Assembly (NCBI RefSeq): GCF_018350175.1
Contig: NC_058368.1
Coordinates: 162,318,001 to 162,382,000, forward strand
DNA: 64,000 nucleotides
DNA from: Felis catus
Taxonomy: Eukaryota
Reading direction: 5' to 3'
The position numbers were made by a program, and so were the translations under genes. A model generated the notes under the pieces. That model was not told the origin of the DNA. It saw nothing but the letters and a program-made list of their open reading frames with translations, and did not search any database. This document shows positions 1 to 12,598 of the stretch, piece by piece. Position 1 is the stretch's first letter, and the number at the start of each line of letters is the position of its first letter.

Positions 1-969
1 CTCACCTGTGTTGGGACGCTCCACTATAATGATTTTAATAGTCAGGTATTTGTGAAAGCCTTGGATTTCCAACAAATTTTTCCTCACCTTAAGAGTGAAT
101 AAGTACCTTACTTTTTATTGACACTCCTTTCAGTCAGGAAGTATGGTCTTTGATCTTATACCAAACCTTCAATTCTCACAGTGTCCTGGAGTTTCTCTCC
201 TATCGCTAGTAATTTTATCACCATGAAATCCCAAAGAATTTCATATGCTGTAAGTCCAAAACATCTTGCTATGTTCTGTCCTTGTGACCATACATAAAGT
301 TTATATAAAGGAAAAAAAACAAATATCCATTTCCATTTCTGCCAATAGCACCCAGAATTTAGTGGAAAAAATAGTGTTCTCACAGAACATGGCTACTAAA
401 GATACTTAACTGTCTTTCCCACATCCTTGAAGCTTGATGGTTGACAAAAAGATAAAGGGAGCAGAAAATGCTGCAAGATTTAAGTAGGCCATCTTTATAT
501 TAAGTCAAAATTATTACATTTTGCGCACCTGAAGCAGGTGGTTAAAATTCTAGCAACAACAACAAAAATGTATGTATCCTTCCCTTTCATTCTCTTTCTC
601 CATCTCTCTTTCTTTCTCTCTCCTTGTGCATGTATACATGCAAAATATATGTGAATATGTATATTAAAAGCCAAGCATGGATGGTTGGATGAGTAGGGGG
701 AGATAATAATTTTGTTGCTCTGGCACATATACCTACCCATGTACCTCTTTTCTTTGGAATATACAGAACCAAGAAGAGGATGGGAAAAACACTGTGGAAT
801 TTTCAAATTGTCTTTATATAATGAAAAATATTTTAAAACATATGTCATATATGAAAATTAATTATATACAATAGATAAAAGTATAAAGAAATTTTTAACC
901 TTCATTCTGTCCAAATCTCTGAGGAACTCTCTGGACTTTTGGGACTATCTCAAAGAATAGCAGGCAAAT

Positions 970-1112
970 CACTGGAGGAGTGCAAAACCCAGGCTCTAAT
1001 GTGAGACTTACCTGGTGATGAGTGCAGGTTACTAGCTATGTGACCCTGGGGAGATTGTCTCTCTTTTTTGGATTCATCTAAGAACAACAGATGGCATAAT
1101 AGAGCCACACCT
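970..1112 (+). mobile_element. MIR fragment (old SINE)
   Basis: Degenerate MIR core: TTACTAGCTATGTGACCCTGGGG...TCATCTAAGAA...ATAATAGAGCCACACCT. Confidence 0.5.
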
Positions 1113-2972
1113 TATGTTACCATCTACACTAAGCTCTCACTAAGACAGATTTCCTTTGCCAAATTTCCCAGTACCCATAAGTCTCATTTCTTTGAATTTT
1201 CAAAGCATATATATGGAGAAATGAAGAGTTGGATGAATAGACCACCTTCCTGGACTAATCCTCTGATTGGGGGAAACCAGACAATGTCCCATGATTAATA
1301 TGGCTCTGGCAACTTGTAATCTAGACTCAGGATTTTGGCCCTGAAGATAGTTGCTGAAGCGCTATTTCTTTTGGTACTCCCATTCCAGTGCAGGGGTCTT
1401 AACAAACGCAAGAATCCAATTCACTCTTAGTTGAAAACCCCATTTTTTTGTCAATGATAGTGGCATTAATATCAGGAGATATAGAATATGTCAATATGAA
1501 GACAACAAGAAAAAGAGCCAAAGCACTCAAAACATGCCAAGGCAGAGACTTTGCAGGAAGCACTTAGACTGTATGGATTCCTCATTTTATAACAGTAAAA
1601 TAGTACAAGTGCAACAGTAATAAGAATTATACTAACAGTGCCTTTTCAGTTAGAATGAGAAGTGTTTATTCAGGTGTTCACTAGTAACAGCTTTGTGTAG
1701 ATGGTTAAAAAAAAAAATTCTTTGGATTGAAATGTTATCTGTTCACTCCAAAAGCAAAATCAGCTCCAAAAGGAGTTGGAAGGGGAATTTCACAGCTTTA
1801 TTTTAATCTCTGGCTTCTTGGCCAGTTCCTCATTTGAATCATTGGAGTAGGAGGAAATCTTTATTGCTACACAGAGAAAAATAAATCATCCTTTGGAAAG
1901 ACCCTGAGTTATTCTTTGTGGATGACTCAGAAAAATCCCTCTGGCTACCTGGCTTCTCACAAGGCACAGCAGTTATCTTTGGTAAAAACATATAACGTGT
2001 ATGATAATAGGCCTTCTTTTCCCACTTTGACTTTGGTAAGTTAAGGTCTACAGTACTCAAAAGGCTTCCAGGAAAATCAGTACCACTTCATGGAAGCCTT
2101 TAGTTTAGGATATTGTGATTGGCTGTGTGTATGAACATAGAGAACTTTTGGCTATCTCTTAAAATAAATCAATTTAGCATGCAGGTAATACGAATATTAT
2201 TAATAATATTAGTAATTACTAATAGATATTATATAATTACATACTTTATATAATATAAAAGGTCTTATATAAAGCCTGTAAGCACTTATCTCTTTGTCCT
2301 ACAGAAAGACAATTTCTGTCCTCTTTGGCAACACTTAATTACTCCCATCCCATACCAAAATAGATTTTTTTTTTACCCACACCAAATACTAGGAGACACA
2401 GAAAACTCAATTTAATTTAAGGAGTCCAAATATACTTTAAGACCTTGAGTATAACCTTAGTATTGGCATACGTAGCTGAAAATGCATTGGTATGACAATG
2501 TAAAATATGTCAAGAGTTACAGAGTGGATCATCCCTTTGATGTATTATGTCCTTTAGGTATAAAACTATCAAGAGTTACTTGATATAAAGCCCAGTGGCT
2601 ACCAAAAGTTATATATACATTCTTGCTCATTTTTTTTTAAAAAATGAAATAGCACAATATATATTAGAGCTGCAACACAGAGTACAGCTTAGGTTTGAAG
2701 CCTCCAGTAAAGCAACAAAGTAGTGGGAACTATAGGAGACATTGCAGTGTTTTAGTGAAAGGAACTGAGTCATCTAAATACTTTATTTTACAGAGGAATA
2801 AGCTGAAAGCCCAAGGTAATTGTCCTAGTCACCAACAGGTCTGAACAAGAACTAAAATCTCCTGACAAGTACCCCAAGATTTTCACCTCATCCTACAGCA
2901 ATTGCTTCTCCCCACAGAGCTTACTTCTTATTAGTGCCATGAAATTATGAAATTACATATTAAGAAATTAGA

Positions 2973-3701
2973 GATACTAGAAAAAAGAAACCTTGTGCAC
3001 TGTTGGTGGGTATGCAAACAGGTGCAGCCATTGTGGAGAATAGTATGGAGATTCCTCAAAAAGTCAAAAATAAAGCAACCCTATGATCTGGTAATCACAT
3101 TACTAGGTATTTACCCCAAAGATACAAAACCCTAATCTAAAAGCATACATGCACTTCTGTGTTTATTGCAGCATTATTTACAATAGCTAAAGTATGGAAG
3201 CAGCTCAAGTGTCCATTGATAGATGGACATCTATCTATTGATAGATGGTCCATTGATAGATGAATGGATAAAGAAGAATGGTACATATACACACATATAT
3301 ATGTATATATATTCAGCCACAAAAAAAAGAAATCTTGCCATTTGCAACAACATGGATGAATCCAGAGAGTGTAACACTAAATGAATTGTCAGAGAAAGAC
3401 AAATACCATATGATTTCATTCATATGTGGAGTTTAAGAAGCAAAACAAATAAACCTAAGGGGAAAAAAGAGAGAAACGAGATAAACCAAGAAACAGACTC
3501 TTAATTTGAGAGAACAAACTGATGGTTACCAGAGAGGAGGTGGGTGTGGGGATGGGTGATATAGGTGATGGGAATTATGGAGGGCACTTGTCGTGATGAG
3601 CACAGGGTGATGTATGAAAATGTTAAATCATGATATTTTACACCTGAAACTAATATAACTATGTTAACTATACTGGAATTAAAATAAAAACTTAATAAAA
3701 A
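2973..3701 (+). mobile_element. 5'-truncated carnivore L1 (ORF2 C-terminus plus 3'UTR and A-rich tail)
   Basis: ORF 2947..3135 gives the L1 ORF2 C-terminal motif HCWWVCKQVQPLWRIVWRFLKK...PYD..I.LLGIYPK. Typical 3'UTR (AACAAACTGATGGTTACCAGAG, ACACCTGAAACTAATATAAC). TSD AAGAAATTAGA at 2962-2972 and 3702-3712. Confidence 0.95.
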
Positions 3702-4309
3702 AAGAAATTAGAATACTTTCCCCTAGTTTCTTGAATTAGTTAGGAGATTGTAATTAAAACCCTTGCAAAAAATAAAAGAAAAACAAATGTTTGCTTCTGA
3801 GCATTCAGCAATTAAATTGTGGAAGCATCAATTTCTTAAAAACTTTCCCAGCCTCAGCCACTGATATTCTTCACCAGAGCACTTTGAGCACCAGTGTAGG
3901 AGAAAGTGGAGTGGGAAGGCGTGAGTAGATTATAAAAAAACAACATCACAGGCACTACACTGTCCATTAATCAGTGCTATTCCATTTATCTTTTCCAAAG
4001 AGATGGTCTGGGGCCAGTACGCTGAAAGCCAGTGCTGAGGACGTAGGCATGCCAGCCAATATAGCTTTATCTGACCAATGCGTCTTTGTCAGGCCAATAG
4101 TGGCCAAAACTGTGGCCACCCTACTAACCTGATAATGCACTTTGTCCACATGCCAGGCCTTTGGAATTTTGAAATAGCTTAATGGGTATGAGCAAGCACC
4201 TTAGATCCCCAAGCTAAAATTACATCATCAAGAGAATGCTTTAGGCAGTGATTAAAGCACAAAGCATTTGTTTATCACTTGTTCACTTAAGACATCATTG
4301 AGAGATGGA

Positions 4310-4710
4310 AAGTCCCAAGGTATTTTCAGGAACTCGGTGATATACTGAAGGCTCCTTCATTTCTTCTTCTCTGTTGTATTAATTGATGATGAAGTTTCCC
4401 TCCCCTTATCATGGAAAGAGGGCTACATGCATCATTGCTGTACAGAATAGTATCTAAACTAGGAACTGAGGGCATTCTCCTCAAAGATCTTCCCCTTAAT
4501 AGGGAGGAAAATATTTCCCAGAGGTTTCTCAGTGGATATCCTGTTGCAATTTATTAACCCTTCACCTCATGCTGGACCTATACTGGGCAAGAAACGGTGA
4601 AAAACATTAACATAAATTAACATGATGCACTTTGACCAATCAGGATTTATCCTTGGAAGTGAACCATACCTACCTGAAGAACTTGGTTAACAAAGGAGGG
4701 GAATACATTG
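4310..4710 (-). mobile_element. Old MaLR LTR fragment (MLT1K/L-like)
   Basis: Degenerate motifs AGGGAGGAAAATATTTCCCAGAG and TTTGACCAATCAGGATTTATCC, typical of old MLT1 LTRs. Confidence 0.4.
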
Positions 4711-5823
4711 TTCCCCAACTTGGGTCACTTCTTCACCACTGCCAGCACCGGGCAGGATCTCCCCAGGAAGACTGTAGACTTAGTCTGGCTCAGCACACAG
4801 CAGATGGAGATCAGTATGGATATCAGACCTTCATAGTTCAAGAGCAGGGCTGTCTTTGGATTTCTTTGGCCTAGGAGTGCTCTTCAACCACAGTCACTCC
4901 AAAAGCCTCCTGGAACCACTGACCTCTTAACCCTATGCTTGGAGTCACTGCACTACCAGCCTTCTAGGAGCTGCTGTTCAGTGTCCACCAGCAAGGCTGT
5001 GGTCCTGTTTGTGAAAATTTGGTTATCTGGAAAGAAATGGAAATCATCCAGCTTCATATGCACAGGGGGAAGAATGGGTCACATTGATGATCTTATGCTT
5101 GTCTGAGAGCTGGCAGGCCACTGTGGACAACTCCTCATACCTTGTAGTAGGTATAACAAGGGTCCCACTTGTGAGACTTGGTAGACTCAGGGATGTTTAG
5201 CTCCAGGGAAAAATTGACGATAAGGCACATCTTGATGAACTGGCATAAGTTACTTATACCTTCAGCTGTTCAAAAATACAAAAATACAGTCTTCACCAAA
5301 ATTAAAGAAGCATCTATACCCTTTATGATCTTTCCAACATATCCTCCACCACAAGTAAAGCAGGGGAAAGCCTGTTGCCAGACATTCTCCTGTAGCAAAT
5401 TGAGCCACTGTATCCAAGGATATCTAGTATTTAGAGAAACTACCCCCTCTACTAGGATACCTCCTATCTACTCTGGCATGGCTCATTTTCGTTTTGAGTC
5501 TCAGAAAGGATCTACAGTTCCATATTCCAAATGTATTTTAAGGAACAGGATCAAATATCATCAAAAGTTTCAGAACACCATGAATCTAATGTTCATAAAG
5601 CTTGTCATATTGCCAATGTAAATTTGTTTTATAAAAATGATTTAATTTGCTTTTAATTAATGCTTTTTAAAATTTAATCTTTAATTTGATTTTGTATCTA
5701 AAGAATGTATCTTTTTCCACCACTGAAAAATTAACTGAATGAGGACAGAAAAAATGTTTGATTCTTTTCACCATTGTTTTACCTAGCTTAGGGCTTAAAA
5801 CATGTAGATAATAAAAAATAGTT

Positions 5824-5925
5824 CATGGATGTTAACTAAACCTATCAGGATGATCATTATGCAATATATACATATTTGAAACACCTGAAACATAATGTTA
5901 TATGTCAATTATATTTGAGTGTTAA
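5824..5925 (+). mobile_element. Short L1 3'-end fragment
   Basis: ATGGATGTTAACTAAAC...ACACCTGAAACATAATGTTATATGTCAATTATA, an L1MA-type 3' terminus. Possible TSD AAAAATAGT/AAAAACAGT. Confidence 0.75.
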
Positions 5926-8119
5926 AAACAGTACTCTTCCTATAAAATAATAATGTTCCCCCTATTTTTGCATTTCTCTGGCCTGAGTGCAGCCCCTAGT
6001 CAAGACAACAGGTAATAATGGTTTCTATCCCGTAAAGTATCATCCTTTTAAAAATAAGATCTACACAGTGTCCACCACCTCATACATTTCCAGAAAGGTA
6101 AGCATCCACCAAATTGCCAGCAATTTGCTACATTCTACCAGCAATTTATCCTCAAGTAATGTGTTCATGCTATGCCATTCCTGCCAGACAGACCACCACA
6201 AACCATTCAAAATGCTAGAAGGATCTTCACATGTTTTCAGTAGTACCGTGTGAGTAAATAGCTTCTCCTCTATCATCACCTTCCCAATTTTTGCAAACCT
6301 AGAGATATCACCATTCTGAGCTTAATCTCTTATATACTCTTCCTATGCTGATACATCTGTACCCGTGTATGATGCATTCACTTTCCCCTGGCTACAACTG
6401 CTGCTGCCATCCATTTCGTATATATATGCTTTTTTACCTCTGGATTGTTAAGCCCCATTATTTCCAATGGAAATCTCAGTTTTTAGGATGTTCCACAAAA
6501 CTATCCAATTTCCAAAACATCTATATGATGCATGTACTCCCAGACTTATAATTCTGGATTATATAAAATGAGAAACAAATTTAAAAACTCATATTTCTAT
6601 AATTCTTGCCATCAACACAGCCAAATCATTTTAATTACCATCACAGAATTCAATTTTGTTAAATAATGTTAAAGTTCTCATCTCAGAACTCCATAATTCA
6701 CAGAAACTATAGCTAGATGCATCTCACAAGTAGCAATAGCTTTACAAAATTCTCTAGGTCAAGATATCCATTCATTTATTTACCAAACATTTGTTTAATA
6801 TTTACTTGATCCGCAAGGGCAGAGCTGCAGCCAGGCAGTGCCATTAGCCAGAAAGGCAAGCTAAATCTTTTGGAAAAAAATCAAAGGTTAGGCTCCCAGA
6901 TAGACTCCCAAAATCTCAAAGTTTAATTTAGTGGCTATAGGGTAAAATTAAGAACTTCAGAGGAAAGTACGTATGGATACAGATCTATTCCATTGACTAT
7001 TTCTGGTTTTGTGACGTACTTTAACAAACAACAAAAGAATTATGCCAAATTAAAAGCTCCGTGGATAACGTCTTGCAGTGTTCAAAAGTGTACAACTTGG
7101 AAATACTAGAAATATTAACAGCAGTAAAAAAACATCATCAATATAATATTCCATGTAATCAATGTAAAATCAAAATCGAATGTTTAAATTAATTATGAAA
7201 ATTAAAATTTTGTTTGTGGCATCTTCCAGTCTTTTAAAACTCCCATTTAAGAAAGAAGATACAAGTTGTCTTTATAGTTTATTCAGTGAGGTTGAAACTT
7301 TATTGATATGCTGATCTTTTGCACTCAAATAATTTTCAGTATTTGTCTAAAAAAAAAAACATTGTCTTCACATGGATCCAACTGATTTGACAGCATAATC
7401 CTTCTCACCATAACGATCAAGCTGGAGCTTGATTTCTCCGCTTAAGTGAAAATTGGTTTTCTAATGGAAAAATGCATCATAATTGTGTCAATAAAAATTT
7501 TTGAGCCAAGCCACTTAACAATGCAAGATTCAACATCAACTCTTCACATTGCAGAATACCTCTGCAAATTGCTGCCTAGGAAACCGACTGTTCCATCATT
7601 TTCTTATACTAGGTCTTTTCTTATTACTCATTTTTTGCAAACTGACTAATTCAGAAACTAACAAAAATTGGTGCTTAATAATATAAATGATAATGCCACT
7701 CATTTATTTTTAATCTTCCTTTTGAGCCACTGTTTCTCTTTCCAATATGAAAAAAACAATTACCTCTAGCTAAGCCACAGATGTGGTAACTCAATGCCAA
7801 GGTAATTGGTATTTCCAAAGAGTACACAGGGAAACATTTTTCTGTTCTTTCTCTTTTAAACATTAACTCATTTGTTAGTCTCTATATTGCAGTTATTTGA
7901 CAGCTTGAACAGTGAATAAAAAGCACTGCACAATCAAATACATTGCATTATATATTTTCCTAATCTCAAACCACATTAGAGATGCATATGTCCTTCTGCC
8001 TCAATTGCCACCAGAAATATTGAAGATGAAAAGATCTCATTAATCAACTAAGAATTTAAGTATTTTAAGCAATTGTGCAGTAAGCTAAATTCTTTTCAGA
8101 AACAGTAAAGCATCTAGAT

Positions 8120-8694
8120 CAGCTCTGCAAAAGAAATATATTGTAAGCCATAGGTGAGGACCACATATGTAATTTTAAATTCCTTATTACCTCCATTTGA
8201 AATGTGAAAAGAAACAGTTGAAATGAATTCTTAATAAGATGTGTTTAGGGGCGCCTGGGTGGTGCAGTCGGTTAAGCGACCGACTTCAGCCAGGTCACGA
8301 TCTCGCGGTCTGTGAGTTCGAGCCCCGCGTCAGGCTCTGGGCTGATGGCTCGGAGCCTGGAGCCTGTTTCCGATTCTGTGTCTCCCTCTCTCTCTGCCCC
8401 TCCCCCGTTCATGCTCTGTCTCTCTCTGTCCCAAAAGTAAATTAAAAAAAAAAAAAGTTGAAAAAAAAAATAAGATGTGTTTACCCAATATGTCCAAAAT
8501 GTTGTCATTTCAGTATGTAATCAATATAAGATGTAATAAGGTATTTTGTGTTCTTCTTTTTTTTTTTTTTTACAAACTAATCTTTCAGAATCTACTGTGT
8601 ATTTTACATTCATAAGACATCTCAGTTTGAACTCGCCATAATTCAACTGCTTAACGGCCTCATGTGTCTGGTGGCTACCATACCGGACACAGTG
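8120..8694. mobile_element. MER33-like hAT-Charlie non-autonomous DNA transposon, split by a SINE
   Basis: CCACATATGTAATTTTAAATT...CCCAATATGTCCAAAATG...CATGTGTCTGGTGGCTACCATACCGGACA. Flanks ATCTAGAT and CTCTCGAG resemble the NTCTAGAN hAT target. Confidence 0.85.
8248..8468 (+). mobile_element. Young felid Can-SINE (SINEC_Fc type)
   Basis: GGGGCGCCTGGGTGG head, B-box GTTCGAGCCC, CT region and A tail. Perfect 15-bp TSD AATAAGATGTGTTTA at 8233-8247 and 8469-8483. Confidence 0.98.
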
Positions 8695-9556
8695 CTCTCG
8701 AGGGTGTATGACAAAGAAGACCTATCTTAACAAAGACTCATTGGCCTAGGACTACTAATGAAAGACCAGAAATTCCTGATAAACTTCTATAAAGTTCGGC
8801 AAATTCTAAAACCTAAGCAATTAAGGGAAAATACATTTATCCTTTTAGGGAACTTCCATAAGCCATGAGAGATGCCTCAACAATGAATGGATTAAAAAAC
8901 TCACATTGTGCTCTTCCATGTTTGTTTGTTGATCTTAGTTATATAGGTAGATATTGAAAGAACTTATCTTAACTCACTTAATATTTGAGAGAACTATTAT
9001 CTCTCAGCCACCTTTTTTTTTTTTTTTACTTCACTTGACTGACTTAGACTAAGCATTTGAGATTCCCTTTCACATTGTTTCTCTTGAACCCAAATAAAAG
9101 AATGATTTAGATTAAGATCTGTGCTCACATATAGTACCGTTTACACTTTTTAAAAATTAAATTAACAAATTAAAATGATGGCTGTTTAACATTCTAAAAC
9201 ATGATACCCAATTTTATATTTTACTGAGAAAAATATGTTCAGTGTTTGTCCACTTTACCTTCCATTTCTCTCCAACTTAAAGGATAAAATGACTTCCCAG
9301 CAGAGATGAAACAGTCATTTCATGGCTTTGTGTATATATTACTCAGTCTTCAAATTATGCCCCAAGGTAATTGTACTAATCATAAGGAAAAGGAATCAAT
9401 CATTTATCCCATGGAGTGGGAGGGAGGGTGGAGACTTACACACAGTAAGTAAAACATTTTTTCATTGTGCAAAGGGATGTATTAACATGCATAAAACAGC
9501 CATTTTAAATTTTGACCCTTTCAGCTTCTCATTTCAGCATAATCCAAAAAGCATGA

Positions 9557-9739
9557 TAGAGAGAGACAGAGAGGCAGTGGGGGAGGGGCAGAGAGAGAAG
9601 GAGAAACAGAATCCAAAGCAGGGTACAGGCTCTGAGCTGCCAGCAGAGAGCCCAACGCAGGGCTTGAACTCACAAGCTGTGAGATCATGACCTGAACCGA
9701 AGTCAGACACCCAACCAACTGAGCCACCCAGGCGCTCCC
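9557..9739 (-). mobile_element. Can-SINE lacking its A tail
   Basis: GAGATCATGACCTGAACCGAAGTC...CTGAGCCACCCAGGCGC. No poly(T) on the left and no TSD found. Confidence 0.93.
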
Positions 9740-10799
9740 TATTTGTGGTTGTTCTTGAAGTAGTCTGAATATTAGTGCAAATAAGCATTAAATTTCCAAC
9801 TTAAACTTTTCTAGGCTAAATATCTATTTTATTAAGCAATAAAATAAGGGTAAGCATCGTACTTTAAGGAATAGGCTATTTTGGGTTTGTTTCCAGAAAT
9901 GACACAATTTAGCAAAATGTCTTCAGGAGTCAGGAAACAAGAACACTGGTGGCTAATGGGAAAAACAAGCCTTAGAATAAATTAAGTGATGCATTTACTA
10001 CTTATTTAAAGTTAAGGGTCAAATGAATGTCATGTTTAAGGCAATATTGGCCACATAGAGTTGGGTTCCACAAAGCTATCGATGTATCTTAGTAAACTGT
10101 GACCATAAGGAAAGCCAACATCACCTCAGCCCTGTGATTACAACTGAGTAACAAAGCACAAAACAAGGCATTTTATGAAAGTGCCATGAAAAACTGCAGT
10201 GAAACTGCTAGTAATGGCCAAAATGAAAACTTTCTGAGAGTAATGTCACTTTAACACAGAGCAAATGCAGCAGAGTAGCAACAAAGCCATGGAAGAAAAA
10301 GAACAGTGAATGTTTTTGACAACCCTTGTCTGGGTATTTGAGATTACCCAGATAATAGCAGAGAAAACAACTGCCAATCAAGTGATTCATACAAGGTCTG
10401 AGCAGGGACTACAACTAAAAGAACACTCAATAATCCTTCTAATTTATACCTGCATATGCTATATGATAAAGTAACAAAAAGCAAAAGAAAAGCTGATAAA
10501 GGATAAAATGGAAGACAGTTAAATTAAAATTTATATAGAGGAGGGAACTGATGGCCATAATCAACCCTGCTAGCAAACTTTAACTTGTCCCCTAGTGTCA
10601 CTTTGCATTGGGATTATTTCTGCTGTTGTGATATATGAGAGCCTTAGGAGGAAAGTATCAGAATTTCTGAAACCTTTGTGCCACTAAGTAGAGCCTAAGA
10701 ATTTAGGGATATGGTTAAGAAAAGGATTAATAATATGAACTGACAGAAGGCAGGATGGGGAGATTGGTTGTGGATGTAATCCTCTGTGGAAGTGTCAAT

Positions 10800-11173
10800 C
10801 AGTGCTTTTAAAATCTTAACATTCAGGGTTGCCTGGGTGGCTCAGTCGGTTAAGCCTTGAAGTTTAGCTCAGGTCATGATCTCACAGCTGCTGAGTTGGG
10901 GCTCTATGCTGACAGCATGAAGCCTGCTTTGAGTTCTGAGTCTCCCTCTCTCTCTGCCTTGCTCCCACTTACACTCTTTCTCTCTCAAAAATAAACATTC
11001 AAAAAAATGAAATAAAATCTTAACATGCATACAGAACACCTGGGGATCTTTTTAGAATGTTTTTAGATTCTAATTTGGTAGGTCTAAGGTAAGCCTTGTG
11101 CTTCTGCATTTATACAATCTCCCAGGTGACAGTTGATGCTGCCCCTTTGCACACCACACTGTAAGAAACAAGG
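10800..11173. mobile_element. MER5A1-like hAT-Charlie element, split by a SINE
   Basis: CAGTGCTTTTAAAATCTTAACAT|GCATACAGAACACCTGGGGATCTT...CTGCATTT...CTCCCAGGTGA...CACCACACTGTAAGAAACAAGG. Confidence 0.8.
10826..11012 (+). mobile_element. Can-SINE
   Basis: GCCTGGGTGGCTCAGTCGGTTAAG head and tail. TSD TAAAATCTTAACAT at 10809-10822 and 11013-11026. Confidence 0.95.
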
Positions 11174-12104
11174 CTGTAATGGACTGTGAAGGCTGGGTTC
11201 CTTGTCTACTCATCACGCATTCTTGTTTGCCTTTCTGGGTCCTCTTTCTTCTGAGAAATGCTCTCTTGGTGTTTGAGTGTGTCTGTAACCTGCTCATCCT
11301 GCCCCACCTCGCCCATGAGGAAATGAAACCTTGCCCAGATCTGCCAATCAGATTGCTCATTTTCCAGACTCAAGTGATTGCTTTAGGGAGAGACACCAAG
11401 CTGAACAAATTGGACTCCCATAGGAACCTTTGCTGAAACCTTTGGAAAAGAGGCAGTGTCTTTCATTAAGTGTTCTAACCAGAAAGACAATTTTTTCCAT
11501 CTGTTGGTGGCTGTTTTTATTCCTATGAGCCAAAAACCCACTGAGAATGCAGCCAACATGGATGGAAGTAGGGTTAAGAGAGGTAGAAAGAGACTCCCAA
11601 TCCATAGTTTTAATGCCTAGATCCTCTCCCATCTCAATCGCCTTTTCTTGAAGTTTCCGTCTCTTCGCCCATGCATCCCCTTTTTCTGCTTATGTTAATT
11701 TGAGTCTGTTTCTGTTAATTTGATGACGTAAGAACAGATCTTCTCCCCCTCTTGCATTTAATATTCTCCTACTCAGTTAAAGTTTCAGCTTTTACTTCTT
11801 GCCTTCCACAGCTCTTTAATTTCCAACATCAAAGGTTTAAATGATAGCTGTTCTCCTTTCCCAGTGTTGGGCACAATATCCATTTAGGCAGCTCCTCTGT
11901 GTTGACCTTTAGCAGAATTCAGAGGCCTTCTTGGTGATTCTTGTAGAATCACAGATCCCAAAACACCTAGCTCATTAATTTTTTTTACAGTATACTTTCA
12001 TTTCACTTATTGAATACAGAAAAAAAGGAACAGTAGTAATCTAACACACAAGCAGAACTCTTAGAGGTGTGTGTTACATTAGATGCCTCTCAACAGATCG
12101 ATGC

Positions 12105-12598
12105 TTTACTACAAGCAGGTGAGCCTCCTTCTTTAAGAAAGTGGGCTTATGGCTGCTTCTGCATTGGGCCCCAGGACAGCCAGTACAAGAGAGGGGAGCC
12201 CTTTTTCGGATAGTTGCCGTCTTTCTGGTCTCAGGACCTGAGTCTCTTTGGTTTCCAAAGTTACATGTTTGGGGACTTATCTCTCAGTGGCAAGTCTTAA
12301 AAGTTGAGATGTCCAGTGTGGAGGCAAAACTCTTGCTCCTCAGGGAAAAGCACCAGGTTTTAAGATTTCTCCTGATTGTGTGTCACTTCCAGGGTGGGGT
12401 TTATGTGGAGACTGCGTGCCAGCATCTTCTACCACCTTTGATAGGGTTTTCTTCCTGTTTGCCTAATGTACAGTCTGATTCACCAGCCTCAAGGTTTTTT
12501 GAAGAGGAAATTCTTTCATATGTAGTTGTTGACTCTTGTGTCCATGGGAAGAGGTGGGTTCAGGATCTTCCTACTTGCCGTCATGAAACCAGGTCTCC
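12105..12598 (-). mobile_element. Isolated L1 5'UTR fragment including the element start
   Basis: Minus strand reads ...GGCAAGTAGGAAGATCCTGAACCCACCTCTTCCCATGGACAC...CAACTACATATGAAAGAATTTCCTC, matching the 5' end of older laurasiatherian/carnivore L1s as I recall it. Confidence 0.7.

Noticed and set aside
2060..2101. 11-bp inverted repeat AAAGGCTTCCA / TGGAAGCCTTT with a 20-nt spacer
   Set aside because: Roughly one such repeat is plausible by chance in 64 kb, and there is no supporting TSD or context.
5178..5621. 147-aa plus-strand ORF
   Set aside because: It has a non-ATG start, no recognisable motif and no evident exon boundaries.
8248..8330. tRNA-like A/B boxes in SINE heads
   Set aside because: They are tRNA-derived SINE promoters followed by a CT region and A tail, not tRNA genes.
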